Below are positions 50,791 through 60,830 of a stretch of DNA of 64,000 bases, in pieces. The first letter of the stretch is position 1; each line of letters starts with the position of its first letter. This DNA comes from Macrostomum hystrix (lineage: Eukaryota; Animalia; Platyhelminthes). The DNA lies in contig CATNEN010000005.1 of assembly GCA_950097015.1 (NCBI GenBank), positions 3,162,001 to 3,226,000 on the forward strand. The letters run 5' to 3'. The position numbers were made by a program, and so were the translations under genes. Below the pieces are notes generated by a model, which was not told where the DNA came from, searched no databases, and saw only the letters and a program-made list of their open reading frames with translations.

Positions 50791-52260
50791 CGACCCTCTG
50801 TCTGTCCCACTATAGTCTGTCCCTCGAACATATGTAATGTACAAGCAGACAGTTCCCCATTCTATTAGTTCAAGGCTAGATGAGAAAATCAGCTATTTTT
50901 GGTGCTTTTTGAATTATTATTTGATTGCGTATTGTTACTTGTTACGTGTCATTTTGTAAGTGCTCAGCTAAGTAATAAATTCGCAGTGGCATTGTTCTTT
51001 TCTACGGTATGTACTTTTGTCTAACATAGTTACTAACGTAAGCTTGTAGTGTCGCTTCTTCTTGCTAAATTTCTGTGATCTGAAATATAGTTTCGCAATT
51101 GCTTCGCGTCTAATACAAATATTTATTAGCTTCAAGTCTAAATTTTAATTCCCACTGTTAAGTGTTAAGTTCTTCTTTATTGTTTAAGCTACTCAATCTT
51201 CGAGTTTGTATTTTTCAGTGAGTTCTCTAAAACTAAGAAGCTAGCTTTACTACTGCTAAACTGCTTCATAATACACTAGCATCAATATTATACGGATGTG
51301 TTTTATACTACTATATTTTCCATCGTAATAAGTAGTGTAGTTCGCTTCAGTGTAGTTCAACTGTGTGTTTTTCGGTCAATAAACATTTAGTTTTTATAAT
51401 CCAGTTCTTTTAACAGGCCCATCAGTTATATTATTTACTCCGAAATTGAAATCTCTGCTTACCAAACTTCTGTCAATGTCTATAATTATAACCAGTCAGC
51501 AGCCGCCCAGCAAAGCCCACTCAATTATTCTTTGTTCTCATGTTTTTACACGGGTTAATAACTAGCAGCAGAAATGACTTCAATACGCGTTGCATTCTAT
51601 TATTGTCTGTACAAGTTGCTGCTGTTTCTGTAATTTCAACATTTTTCTATACATATCGAGTAGAATATTTCGAATGAACTTCTCAAACAATAAAATGAGA
51701 GAAGTGAAATATAAAATGCTAATAAACTGTAAATATATAACACTGCACAATTTCTACTTCGAATGGGTAGTGTTCAATTCATTGCGTAATTCTGCCATGC
51801 TTAACTGCTTAGATTTAATTAATTAATTTAATATTAATGAGTGATGATGTGTACTAGCCCGCTGTAGAACTGATTTTATTTTTTTATCTGATTCTGGCGA
51901 ATTACGCAAAATAATTATACTGTACGCTTTTCTACTTCTGCTGTTTACTGGCTTAGACTCAAACATGCATATTTATAATTATAGACCTGATAATGATTTT
52001 TGCAAACCCGTCTCTGAGTTCTTGTTTCCCGCTTTGGCAGAGCGAAACGAAATATATTAACTAACGAAGTTCATTCAAAACACGTTTCAACTCAACCCAG
52101 CGAGGTCTTTTCTAACTCGCTTTTTTCATAGAACTTCCTAGTCAGGAAGCTTCCTGTTGCTCACTATTTAGGGCTTCTGACTGAGTGGTCGCGAGCTCGA
52201 ATCTCGGCCCAATTTTGTCTGTCCGTTAGATGACCAAAACTTGCTCTCTAACCTTGCAGC

Positions 52261-54330
52261 ATGGACCGCAGCTTCGTGACCTGTCCAGCCTGCTCGCAGG
52301 TGTTCTCAGAGCCCCGCGAGCTGCCTTGCCGGGATTCGCTCTGCCTGGCCTGCTTCCGATCGCTGCCAGCCGATGCCAGCGGTGGCCGTCGCTGTCCCGT
52401 GTGCGGCGACTTGTGCCAGCTGAGTCCGGAGCAGCTGCGGCCGGATGCCAAGACCAGCCAGCTGGTTATGCTGTTCCGCATGGCTGGAGGAGCTTCAGCT
52501 GCAGCTGACACGGACCAGCGCTGCTCGCAGCTGAACTGCAGCGCACTGAGCGTCAGCGGCTGCGGTCCCGTGTCCAGAATGTCCGTGTGCGACGCCCACC
52601 TGCAGTCGGAGCTGCAACAGCTGAGCTCAAAGCTGGCTCGACTGGCCGAGTCGCACGGCCGATTGGAGCCGACTCGGAAGAGAATCGTGAGCGCCAAGTG
52701 GCGCCTGGAGCACGACCTGCGGGCGGTGGAGGAGTCGCTGGCGGAGATGCAGGAGATGCTGGACAATGCTCGCAGCAGCTTGGTTGGGGAGATGTCCACC
52801 TGTCAGGATCAGGTGACAACTTGCTTGCTGAACTTGGACAGAATCGACGATCAGGTTGCTAGGGCTTCGACTGTGTCTAAGGATCAGCAAATGAACGAAA
52901 TTTTAAGTGCAAAGTCTCTGATTAATTCGTTCGTTGGCACGGATCACTTGGCGATGAGTGACTACATTGGTCGGCGAGTTTTGTCTGCCCGGATTGTAAT
53001 CCAGGCTGAGCTGCTTCGCTTGCCGTTTCTTGATTCTGATAAAATTACTGAAAAGCGGCACAGCATTCTCAATCCTGTGTCTAAAACTGCAACTCCAATT
53101 TTCTTGGCTACTGAAAGGCAGGCAGACCATCCGAATGTTCATGGTGCATTTGCCTTTGCTGGCAAAGGCAAAAAACTTGGCAACCGTGCTGCTGCGACAA
53201 AGAATCCGCTTGGTGGATTTCACTATGGCCAAGCCGCTCCTGCGGCACAGAATCCGTATGTCGGAGTGCACTTTGGCCAAGCCGCTCCTGCGGCACAGAA
53301 TCCGTATGTCGGAGTGCACTTTGGCCAAGCCGCTCCTGCGGCACAGAATCCGTATGTCGGAGTGCACTTTGGCCAAGCCGCTCCTGCGGCACAGAATCCG
53401 TTTGGTGGATTGCCGCGACCTTTACTCCGTCTGGCAGTGTGCGGCAACACTGTCGGATTCTACAGTGATACCTCCGGCCAAGTGATGGCTGCCGTTGGAC
53501 GCTGGCCTTTGCCAGTCGAATGCCTGGTGGTTCTGCAGGCCAACCAGCCAGACTCTCTGCTGCTGATCGACTGCCAGAATCCTGCGTCTCGCTTTCGCTG
53601 CCAACTCACCGGCTGGGACGAGAAGCCCAGCGATCTCTGCTGGGTGCCCGACGATCTTCGCCTAGCCCTGGCGTCTGCCGCAGCCTCGGTGGCTCTGGCT
53701 GACCTGGACGGCAGTGTTGCTCACAGCGGCAGAGCTGATCAGCTGCGGAAACTCACCGGTCTGGCTGCCAATGCTGACAAGGTGTTTGTGGCTGGACTGG
53801 CTGCTGATGGCAGGCGATGTGTAGCCTGCTTCTCGGCTCAGTGCCTGCAGCTGCAGACTGTCATTGAGCTGCACAATGAGCCGTCAGCTGCTGTCGCTCA
53901 CGGATCAGCTGTGATGTACGGCATCTCATTGTGCGGCTCGGGCCTTCTGTTCTCAGACCCATCCGATGGCCGACTGCGTCATCACTGCCTAGCAACAGGC
54001 GTTAGCTCAGCATTCTGCTCTGATGAGTCGTTTGTGACATCTGCTGATGCGGCCCTCTGCGCGGACAGTCGGGGTCTTGTATTGGTTGCTAGCAATGCTG
54101 GCCAATCAATTCAGGTGTTCCTACCCGATGGCCGGTTGTTGCAGTCCTTCAGCTTGCAGTCGAGCGTGGAGCAGCCACGCTTAGGCCACAGTTTTTTGTT
54201 TCAAAATATGCGGAGCGATTCGATCAATCGGCTTGCTAGCATAGCCTGCAGTCGCGATCGAGTTTTTGTTCACTTTAGCAATGGAAATCCCAGTGACAAT
54301 CCGATTTTGTGCTGCGATATGTGTCTTTAG
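52261..54330 (+). CDS. Intronless RING / degenerate B-box / coiled-coil / beta-propeller protein (TRIM-NHL-like), paralog A
   Basis: CPACSQVFSEPRELPCRDSLCLAC...CPVC RING, Cys/His cluster, heptad region, and NHL-like blades (LLFSDPSDGRL, LVLVASNAGQSIQVFLPDGRLLQSF). Confidence 0.85.
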   Translation: MDRSFVTCPACSQVFSEPRELPCRDSLCLACFRSLPADASGGRRCPVCGDLCQLSPEQLRPDAKTSQLVMLFRMAGGASAAADTDQRCSQLNCSALSVSGCGPVSRMSVCDAHLQSELQQLSSKLARLAESHGRLEPTRKRIVSAKWRLEHDLRAVEESLAEMQEMLDNARSSLVGEMSTCQDQVTTCLLNLDRIDDQVARASTVSKDQQMNEILSAKSLINSFVGTDHLAMSDYIGRRVLSARIVIQAELLRLPFLDSDKITEKRHSILNPVSKTATPIFLATERQADHPNVHGAFAFAGKGKKLGNRAAATKNPLGGFHYGQAAPAAQNPYVGVHFGQAAPAAQNPYVGVHFGQAAPAAQNPYVGVHFGQAAPAAQNPFGGLPRPLLRLAVCGNTVGFYSDTSGQVMAAVGRWPLPVECLVVLQANQPDSLLLIDCQNPASRFRCQLTGWDEKPSDLCWVPDDLRLALASAAASVALADLDGSVAHSGRADQLRKLTGLAANADKVFVAGLAADGRRCVACFSAQCLQLQTVIELHNEPSAAVAHGSAVMYGISLCGSGLLFSDPSDGRLRHHCLATGVSSAFCSDESFVTSADAALCADSRGLVLVASNAGQSIQVFLPDGRLLQSFSLQSSVEQPRLGHSFLFQNMRSDSINRLASIACSRDRVFVHFSNGNPSDNPILCCDMCL

Positions 54331-54854
54331 ATTTGAGACTGTTGTTAAATCTTTGGTGTAGCTTTGGGCCTGTTTGTCAAAGCCGTCGAAAAATTAGAAT
54401 CGGAATTTTTTATTGCGCTAAAGTCATTATTTTTGCCAGGTCATTCTCAAATAGCACTTTTGTGCGATCTTATAGATTTGTACACTTTTGATAAAAATAA
54501 ACTGTTTACTTTCAGAAGCTCTTGATTTAAAACTCTATCCACAAAAATCGACTCCTGTGATTCTTAAGATTTTCCACTGTCGTGAAATAATATGCATAGC
54601 TTTGGACGATTTTATCAAAGCATCCGAAACTAGTCTGATTACATCGTATTAAATCGTAATCAAGTTATTAATTTGTTTCCACTATATACTCGTATTTATA
54701 CCACTTTTGCGCTGTATTTCAGATTGTGAAAAATAAAAAGTAGAATAATTGTTTCAATAAAGAAGCTTTTGATTAAAAATCTACCGATTAAAGATGTGTG
54801 TTGCGTTTTATCCGTTTCTGCATTTGTAGTTATTTGATAGCTGTATCATGGAGA

Positions 54855-55515
54855 AGTGTATCTCCCAAAATATTTAACCAATTGCCATGAAAATCCTAAA
54901 CACGGGCTAAAATGTTCCACTCTTTTTTTATTTTTGACGAAACAACTTCCAGAATCACAAAGCAACGTCATCGTCGAGTTATTCAACGGTTCTCTACATC
55001 TCTTGGCCGAGTATCATTGTCATGGTGCGGTCTAGTGTTATTTTCTATATTGCTGCAGGTTATGTTCAGTTCTCACATATGTAGTTCGGTTAAGCAACGC
55101 CTAGCTGCTACTTCCATGACCAGTTTTTGCGTGGCAGAGGCACCAACAAACGGCCCTTCCCTATCGTCCAACTGTAAAAAGAGCACGCTATTTTTACTCT
55201 GTGTAAATACCATGGGGTGTTTCAAATACTCACTACCTCACGATAGATCCCGAACCGAATGATCGATTTTCAGGAAAGTCCACCATATAGATCAAAATTA
55301 GCCGCCCTTTACGATGAACTAACTTTCAAAGCCGTCGGAACGTCAGCATCGTCGAGACATTCATCGATTTTTTACACCCGGACTAGAATAGTAAAATATC
55401 TCGACCATGCCAATGTTTTGTGATTATGCAAGTTGTTTAATCGGATAGAGCAGAAAATTTTAACCCGTGTTTTACATTTTCATTTCGATTGGTTGCACAT
55501 TTTCGGAGATACAGA
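54855..55515. mobile_element. Old foldback/MITE-like element with about 150-bp degenerate inverted arms between the TRIM paralogs
   Basis: TGTATCTCCCAAAATATTTAACCAATTGCCATGAAAATCCTAAACACGGG versus the reverse complement of CCCGTGTTTTACATTTTCATTTCGATTGGTTGCACATTTTCGGAGATACA. Confidence 0.6.
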
Positions 55516-55637
55516 AATAGAGGAATGTTAGCTACCTTATCTCTGCGAAACAATTATACCCACATACTGAAACTTAAAACATCTGCATAAGTGATAAGCG
55601 AATAAAAACAAAGCAATTAATCAACCTGCCTTGCAGC

Positions 55638-57725
55638 ATGGACCGCAGCTTCGTGACCTGCCCAGCCTGCTCGCAGGTGTTCTCAGAGCCCCGCGAGCTG
55701 CCTTGCCGGGATTCGCTCTGCCTGGCCTGCTTCCGATCACTGCCAGCCGATGCCAGCGGTGGCCGTCGCTGTCCCGTGTGCGGCGACTTGTGCCAGCTGA
55801 GTCCGGAGCAGCTGCGGCCGGATGCCAAGACCAGCCAGCTGGTTATGCTGTTCCGCATGGCTGGAGGAGCTTCAGCTGCAGCTGACACGGACCAGCGCTG
55901 CTCGCAGCTGAACTGCAGCGCACTGAGCGTCAGCGGCTGCGGTCCCGTGTCCAGAATGTCCGTGTGCGACGCCCACCTGCAGTCGGAGCTGCAACAGCTG
56001 AGCTCAAAGCTTGCTCGACTGGCCGAGTCGCACGGCCGATTGGAGCCGACTCGGAAGAGAATCGTGAGCGCCAAGTGGCGCCTGGAGCACGACCTGCGGG
56101 CGGTGGAGGAGTCGCTGGCGGAGATGCAGGAGATGCTGGACAATGCTCGCAGCAGCTTGGTTGGGGAGATGTCAGTTTGTCACGAGCAGGTGACAACTTG
56201 CTTGCAGAACTTGGACAAAGTAGACAAACAGGTCGCAAAAGCTCGCAGTGCTGCGACAGACCAGCAGCTCCTAGAAGTCCTAATGTCAAAGTCGCTACTA
56301 AGCAGTTTCGACAGCAAAGTGGAACTTATGGAGTGTCCATTTTTTCGGCGTCGTGTTCAGTCCATTCGACTGCTTCTGCATTTCGAGCTCAGTTGCCTCC
56401 GGTATCGCGTCGAATTATCGTCCGAAACTGTTTTCGTATCATTAAACGCTAAAATTCTGCGCGACCAGTTCAGCGTCTGGTCGTTGCATTTTGATTTGAA
56501 GCGAACAGCTAGCAGGTTGCCTGGTTCTGTATCGCGCGTTCATCGCAGATTAGTCACTTCCAGTAATGCACGTTCGGTTCCAAACAAAGCCTCAGCAGTC
56601 TTGACCTCTGCGAATGCCTCATTCCGTTCGCCCAGCTCTTCGGCGGCGTCTGCTCCTGCTGCAGTCGATTCTAATTTATCCGGAGCAAACCCCATGACTG
56701 TGGCTTCATTCACTGAAGTCAGTAAGTCTTCTGGTAGTGCCTTTGCAGACGCTGGCGCACAAGTCAGAGGATTCCGATTTTGCAATGCTCACGCGGGTAC
56801 ACTGCTGCCAAGGGCGTCGGGTTTGAGTAGTTTTACTTTCGGCGCTTCCTCAAAGCCAGCGCCATCTGAGAAGCACTCGAAGCCGCTTCGCTTAACTGTT
56901 TGCGGCAACACCGGGGGATTCTACAGCGACCCGTCGGGTCAGGTGACGTCATCCATCGGTTCAAGCCCGCTGCCAGTCGAATGCCTGGTGGTCCTGCAGG
57001 CCAACCAGCCAGACTCTCTGCTGCTGATTGACTGCCAGAATCCTGCGTCTCGCTTTCGCTGCCAACTCACCGGCTGGGACGAGAAGCCCAGCGATCTCTG
57101 CTGGGTGCCCGACGGTCCTCGCCTAGCCCTGGCGTCTGCCGCAGCCTCGATGGCTCTGGCTGACCTGGACGGCAGTGTTGCTCACAGCGGCAGAGCTGAT
57201 CAGCTGCGAAAACTCACCGGTCTGGCTGCCAATGCTGACAAGGTGTTTGTGGCTGGACTGGCTGCTGATGGCAGGCGATGTGTAGCCTGCTTCTCAGCTC
57301 AGTGCCTGCAGCTGCAGACTGTCATTGAGCTGCACAATGAGCCGTCAGCTGCTGTCGCTCACGGATCAGCTGTGATGTACGGCATCTCATTGTGCGGCTC
57401 GGGCCTTCTGTTCTCAGACCCATCCGATGGCCGTCTGCGTCATCACTGCCTAGCAACAGGCGACACGTCCGAGTTCCTTCCTGTCGAGACGGCAGGCCTG
57501 TCAGCGGCACAGCCGACGGTTCTGTGCGCTGATCGTCTCGGCCTTGTATTCCACTCCGACACCAAGGCCCTGACTGTGTTCCTTCCAGATGGTAGACTTC
57601 TGCAGTCGATCGAATACAAACCCGCTTTGCCCTGCGTCAGCAGCGTCTGCGCCTCTAGTGATCGCCTATTTGTTGCCGAATCGAACAGCGCGCAAGCTTT
57701 AGTCTTTATTCGTGAAGCGTTTTGA
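55638..57725 (+). CDS. Intronless TRIM-NHL-like protein, paralog B
   Basis: Same RING/coiled-coil N-terminus and propeller core as paralog A; different linker and C-terminal blades. Confidence 0.85.
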   Translation: MDRSFVTCPACSQVFSEPRELPCRDSLCLACFRSLPADASGGRRCPVCGDLCQLSPEQLRPDAKTSQLVMLFRMAGGASAAADTDQRCSQLNCSALSVSGCGPVSRMSVCDAHLQSELQQLSSKLARLAESHGRLEPTRKRIVSAKWRLEHDLRAVEESLAEMQEMLDNARSSLVGEMSVCHEQVTTCLQNLDKVDKQVAKARSAATDQQLLEVLMSKSLLSSFDSKVELMECPFFRRRVQSIRLLLHFELSCLRYRVELSSETVFVSLNAKILRDQFSVWSLHFDLKRTASRLPGSVSRVHRRLVTSSNARSVPNKASAVLTSANASFRSPSSSAASAPAAVDSNLSGANPMTVASFTEVSKSSGSAFADAGAQVRGFRFCNAHAGTLLPRASGLSSFTFGASSKPAPSEKHSKPLRLTVCGNTGGFYSDPSGQVTSSIGSSPLPVECLVVLQANQPDSLLLIDCQNPASRFRCQLTGWDEKPSDLCWVPDGPRLALASAAASMALADLDGSVAHSGRADQLRKLTGLAANADKVFVAGLAADGRRCVACFSAQCLQLQTVIELHNEPSAAVAHGSAVMYGISLCGSGLLFSDPSDGRLRHHCLATGDTSEFLPVETAGLSAAQPTVLCADRLGLVFHSDTKALTVFLPDGRLLQSIEYKPALPCVSSVCASSDRLFVAESNSAQALVFIREAF

Positions 57726-58099
57726 GTTCCTTTGACAAATATTGTTTTTTAATGCCTGCGTTAGCATTTATTTTAACAGCCTTTGTGCTTAAAACTGTAT
57801 TTAGCACTTTTTAAACTCGAGTACGTGCGGTGTGTTTTTCGGTGTTTAAGAGTTGCCTATCGAGTGCCATTTTAGGTCTTTGTGATTTCGTATTGCCAGC
57901 ATGTTTGTTGAAATCTTTGTCTGCATTTTTCTTTCCGAAAAATTTTCTCATAACAAATTTGGGTGAATTCGTTAAGCAGTGCTCGCTTTATTTGCGAAAT
58001 AAAATTAATTTCATTTCTCGACTGTCCATTTTTCAAGTAAAAAGTAGAAAAATTCTGGAAAATAAGAGGTACATATTCTTTTCTTGTCTGAACTCACAC

Positions 58100-59075
58100 C
58101 AGTCCATTGCTGTCAGATTGCAACACAGACCCCAGTCCATTGCTGTCAGATTGCAACACAGACCCCAGTCCATTGCTGTCAGATTGCAACACAGAACACA
58201 GTCCATTGCTGTCATATTGCCACACAGAACACAGAGCATTGCTGTCATATTGCCACACAGAACACAGTGCATTCCCGCTAAAAATGTTTCTTTGGGTGAT
58301 TCCAGTTGGAATCTGCGGTGTTTCCAGAAAAAGAAACAGCCGAACGCTGGAAACATACCAATCGGATGATTCCATGCTTAGAATCTACCCAACTGGGCGT
58401 TTTCTCGGTGCTTCTTGGTGGCGACATGGAATCACCCAGAGAATCCTCCAGTTCGGAAGATTCAATGCTCAGAAACCGCCGAGGAATCGCCCGCAAATAA
58501 TTATCTGGTTGTCCCATGGGCCACTGGTTCGGTGATTCTTCGGCGGTTTCCGCACAATTTACGGTTACATCGGCTGCTTCCTGGGTGGTTTCTTTAACTC
58601 TTGCGAGATAGGGGGGATTTCGGTAGATTCCACTCCTATTTTGCACAAAAACCCGCCGAAGAAGCAGCCGAATTTTTTACAGGGTTGCTATCATTGCCAC
58701 ACAGAACACAGTCCATTGCTGTCGGATTGCCACAGAACACAGTCCATTGCTGTCGGATTGCCACAGAACACAGTCCATTGCTGTCGGATTGCCACAGAAC
58801 ACAGTGCATTGCTGTCGGATTGCCACAGAACACAGTCCATTGCTGTCAGATTGCAACACAGAACACAGTGCATTGCTGTCGGATTGCCACAGAACACAGT
58901 CCATTGCTGTCAGATTGCAACACAGAACACAGTCCATTGCTGTCGGATTGCCACAGAACACAGTCCATTGCTGTCGGATTGCCACAGAACACAGTGCATT
59001 GCTGTCGGATTGCCACAGAACACAGTCCATTGCTGTCAGATTGCAACACAGAACACAGTGCATGGCTGTCGGATT
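58100..59075. repeat. 31/33-bp minisatellite (CACAGAACACAGTCCATTGCTGTCGGATTGC)n upstream of RPB4, interrupted by a MITE
   Basis: Units lie on both sides of the insertion; the array ends about 50 nt before the RPB4 ATG. Confidence 0.93.
58274..58684. mobile_element. About 410-bp MITE, copy 3
   Basis: Same TIRs as copies 1 and 2; TSD TT. Confidence 0.88.
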
Positions 59076-59127
59076 GCCAGTGAAATTCACCCTCACCTGC
59101 CCTTGCAGCCCGCACACGCAGGCTGTC

Positions 59128-59547
59128 ATGAGCCAGCCGCTGCCAAACGAAGTCCCAGAGGAGGATGCTAGCGAGCTTCGCTTTCCGCTGGAATTCGACA
59201 AGGCGCAGACTCTCACAGTATCGGAGGTTCGCCAGATTCTGGAGAAGCGCAAGGCCGCCAATGAGCAGCGCGAAGATGAACTCGAGCCTAGCGAGGTGGA
59301 AACTAAAACGCTCAATTATTGCCAAAGATTCGCCAAGTTCAACAACGAGGAAACTATCAGCGCTGTGCGGGATCTGCTGCAGGGCAAGAAGCTGCACAAT
59401 TTTGAACTGGCCGCAATCGCCAATCTGTGCCCGGAAACTGCCGAGGAGGCCAAGGCTCTCATTCCCAGCCTGGCTGGTCGGTTTGAAGACGAGGATCTGA
59501 ACCAAATCTTGGAGGATTTGCGCACGAAGATTAGTTTTCAGCTGTGA
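59128..59547 (+). CDS. POLR2D: RNA polymerase II subunit RPB4, intronless CDS
   Basis: [24 protein letters not shown]...[25 protein letters not shown]...[27 protein letters not shown]. True ATG is at 59128; the longer ORF upstream is minisatellite read-through. Confidence 0.96.
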   Translation: MSQPLPNEVPEEDASELRFPLEFDKAQTLTVSEVRQILEKRKAANEQREDELEPSEVETKTLNYCQRFAKFNNEETISAVRDLLQGKKLHNFELAAIANLCPETAEEAKALIPSLAGRFEDEDLNQILEDLRTKISFQL

Positions 59548-59869
59548 CCAATAGTAGTGCTAACTAATTAATCACTTGCTAGTTCAAAGTTCCTGTCATT
59601 CTTGTTTCTGTTGATTAAGCACACGTCATGCTTCTTTAGAATTTGAAATTTGCCGGTGATGCTGTCACTTGTCAATCCATCTGTCTTGTTTGTTCCTCGC
59701 TAATCACTTCTGTGTAATTTTGCTTTTGCTTTTCCCTTCTTTTTTAAAAGCCAATTACGTTTGTTTCATAAATATTTACTAATAAACCATACGCTGGCGT
59801 TGTACCTGACAATGCATGCACAAAAAACTTAATACACTAATTTCGTTTTTTGTTTGTGACGAACTGAAG

Positions 59870-60335
59870 TACACTGAGAGTCGATTGTGATTGGTTAAAG
59901 TACAGTGAGAGCCGATTGTGATTGGTTAAAGTACACTGAGAGTCGATTGTGATTGGTTAAAGTACACTGACAGTTTTTTATGGCGGTTTATGGTACACTG
60001 AGAGCCGATTGTGATTGGTTAAAGTACAGTGAGAGCCGATTGTGATTGGTTAAAGTACAGTGAGAGCCGATTGTGATTGGTTAAAGTACAGTGAGAGCCG
60101 ATTGTGATGGTTAAATTACACTGAGAGCCGATTGTGATGGTTAAAGTACACTGAGAGCCGATTGTGATTGGTTAAAGTACAGTGAGAGCCGATTGTGATG
60201 GTTAAAGTACACTGAGAGCCGATTGTGATGGTTAAAGTACACTGAGAGCCGATTGTGATGGTTAAAGTACACTGAGAGCCGATTGTGATTGGTTAAAGTA
60301 CACTGAGAGCCGATTGTGATGGTTAAAGTACACTA
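59870..60335. repeat. 30-31-bp minisatellite (GTACACTGAGAGCCGATTGTGATTGGTTAAA)n
   Basis: Tandem units visible. Confidence 0.92.
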
Positions 60336-60830
60336 AGAGTCGCTTATTATGCTTTATGGTACACTGAGAGTCGTTAAAGTACAGTGAGTAGACTGATGGG
60401 TTAAAGTACGATGAGAGTATATTATATTGAATTTAAGTACATTTTAGCGGATTGCAAAAAATTAAAGCATTTTTAAGCTCCGAGTACTAGAGAGCCGTTT
60501 GCCAAGATCATTCGAGAAAAAATTTTGTAATAATCAGCAGAAAGCGATGTGAACATTGCGCGCATTCGTCACATAGCGGAATAGAAAATGTCATCATGTA
60601 ACTGAGTAATTAGCTCCTAACGCATTAGTACTTTTGGAAATTAGGAAATCAATTAATGTAACTGCTACTATTGTGTCGCATTAGTACATTAGTTGGGTGC
60701 GAATTCGGCTTGGTTGTCTATGGCTTCGCAGTCCGAAGGGTCGTATAGTGGAAAATAATTCTGTGAGCTGCATGCAATCTGGGTATTAGTTATCTCTTTA
60801 AAAATAAATTCACAGCATCACTGGCTCATC

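Noticed and set aside
13736-57510. Overlapping and antisense ORFs within GPCR, WDR13, phosphatase and TRIM CDS
   Set aside because: These are expected shadows of GC-rich codon usage.
10858-58646. Small ORFs conserved across three loci (MESAVFPEKETAERW..., MESSDWYVSSVRL...)
   Set aside because: Conservation only reflects near-identical MITE copies; the ORFs are short, on both strands, and have no recognisable domain.
1552-59315. Long repetitive ORFs over minisatellites (e.g. 1568-2278, 11848-13443, 32697-34302, 44590-45429, 58601-59315)
   Set aside because: They are translations of stop-free tandem units, open on both strands, and several lie inside introns whose flanking exons join in frame without them.
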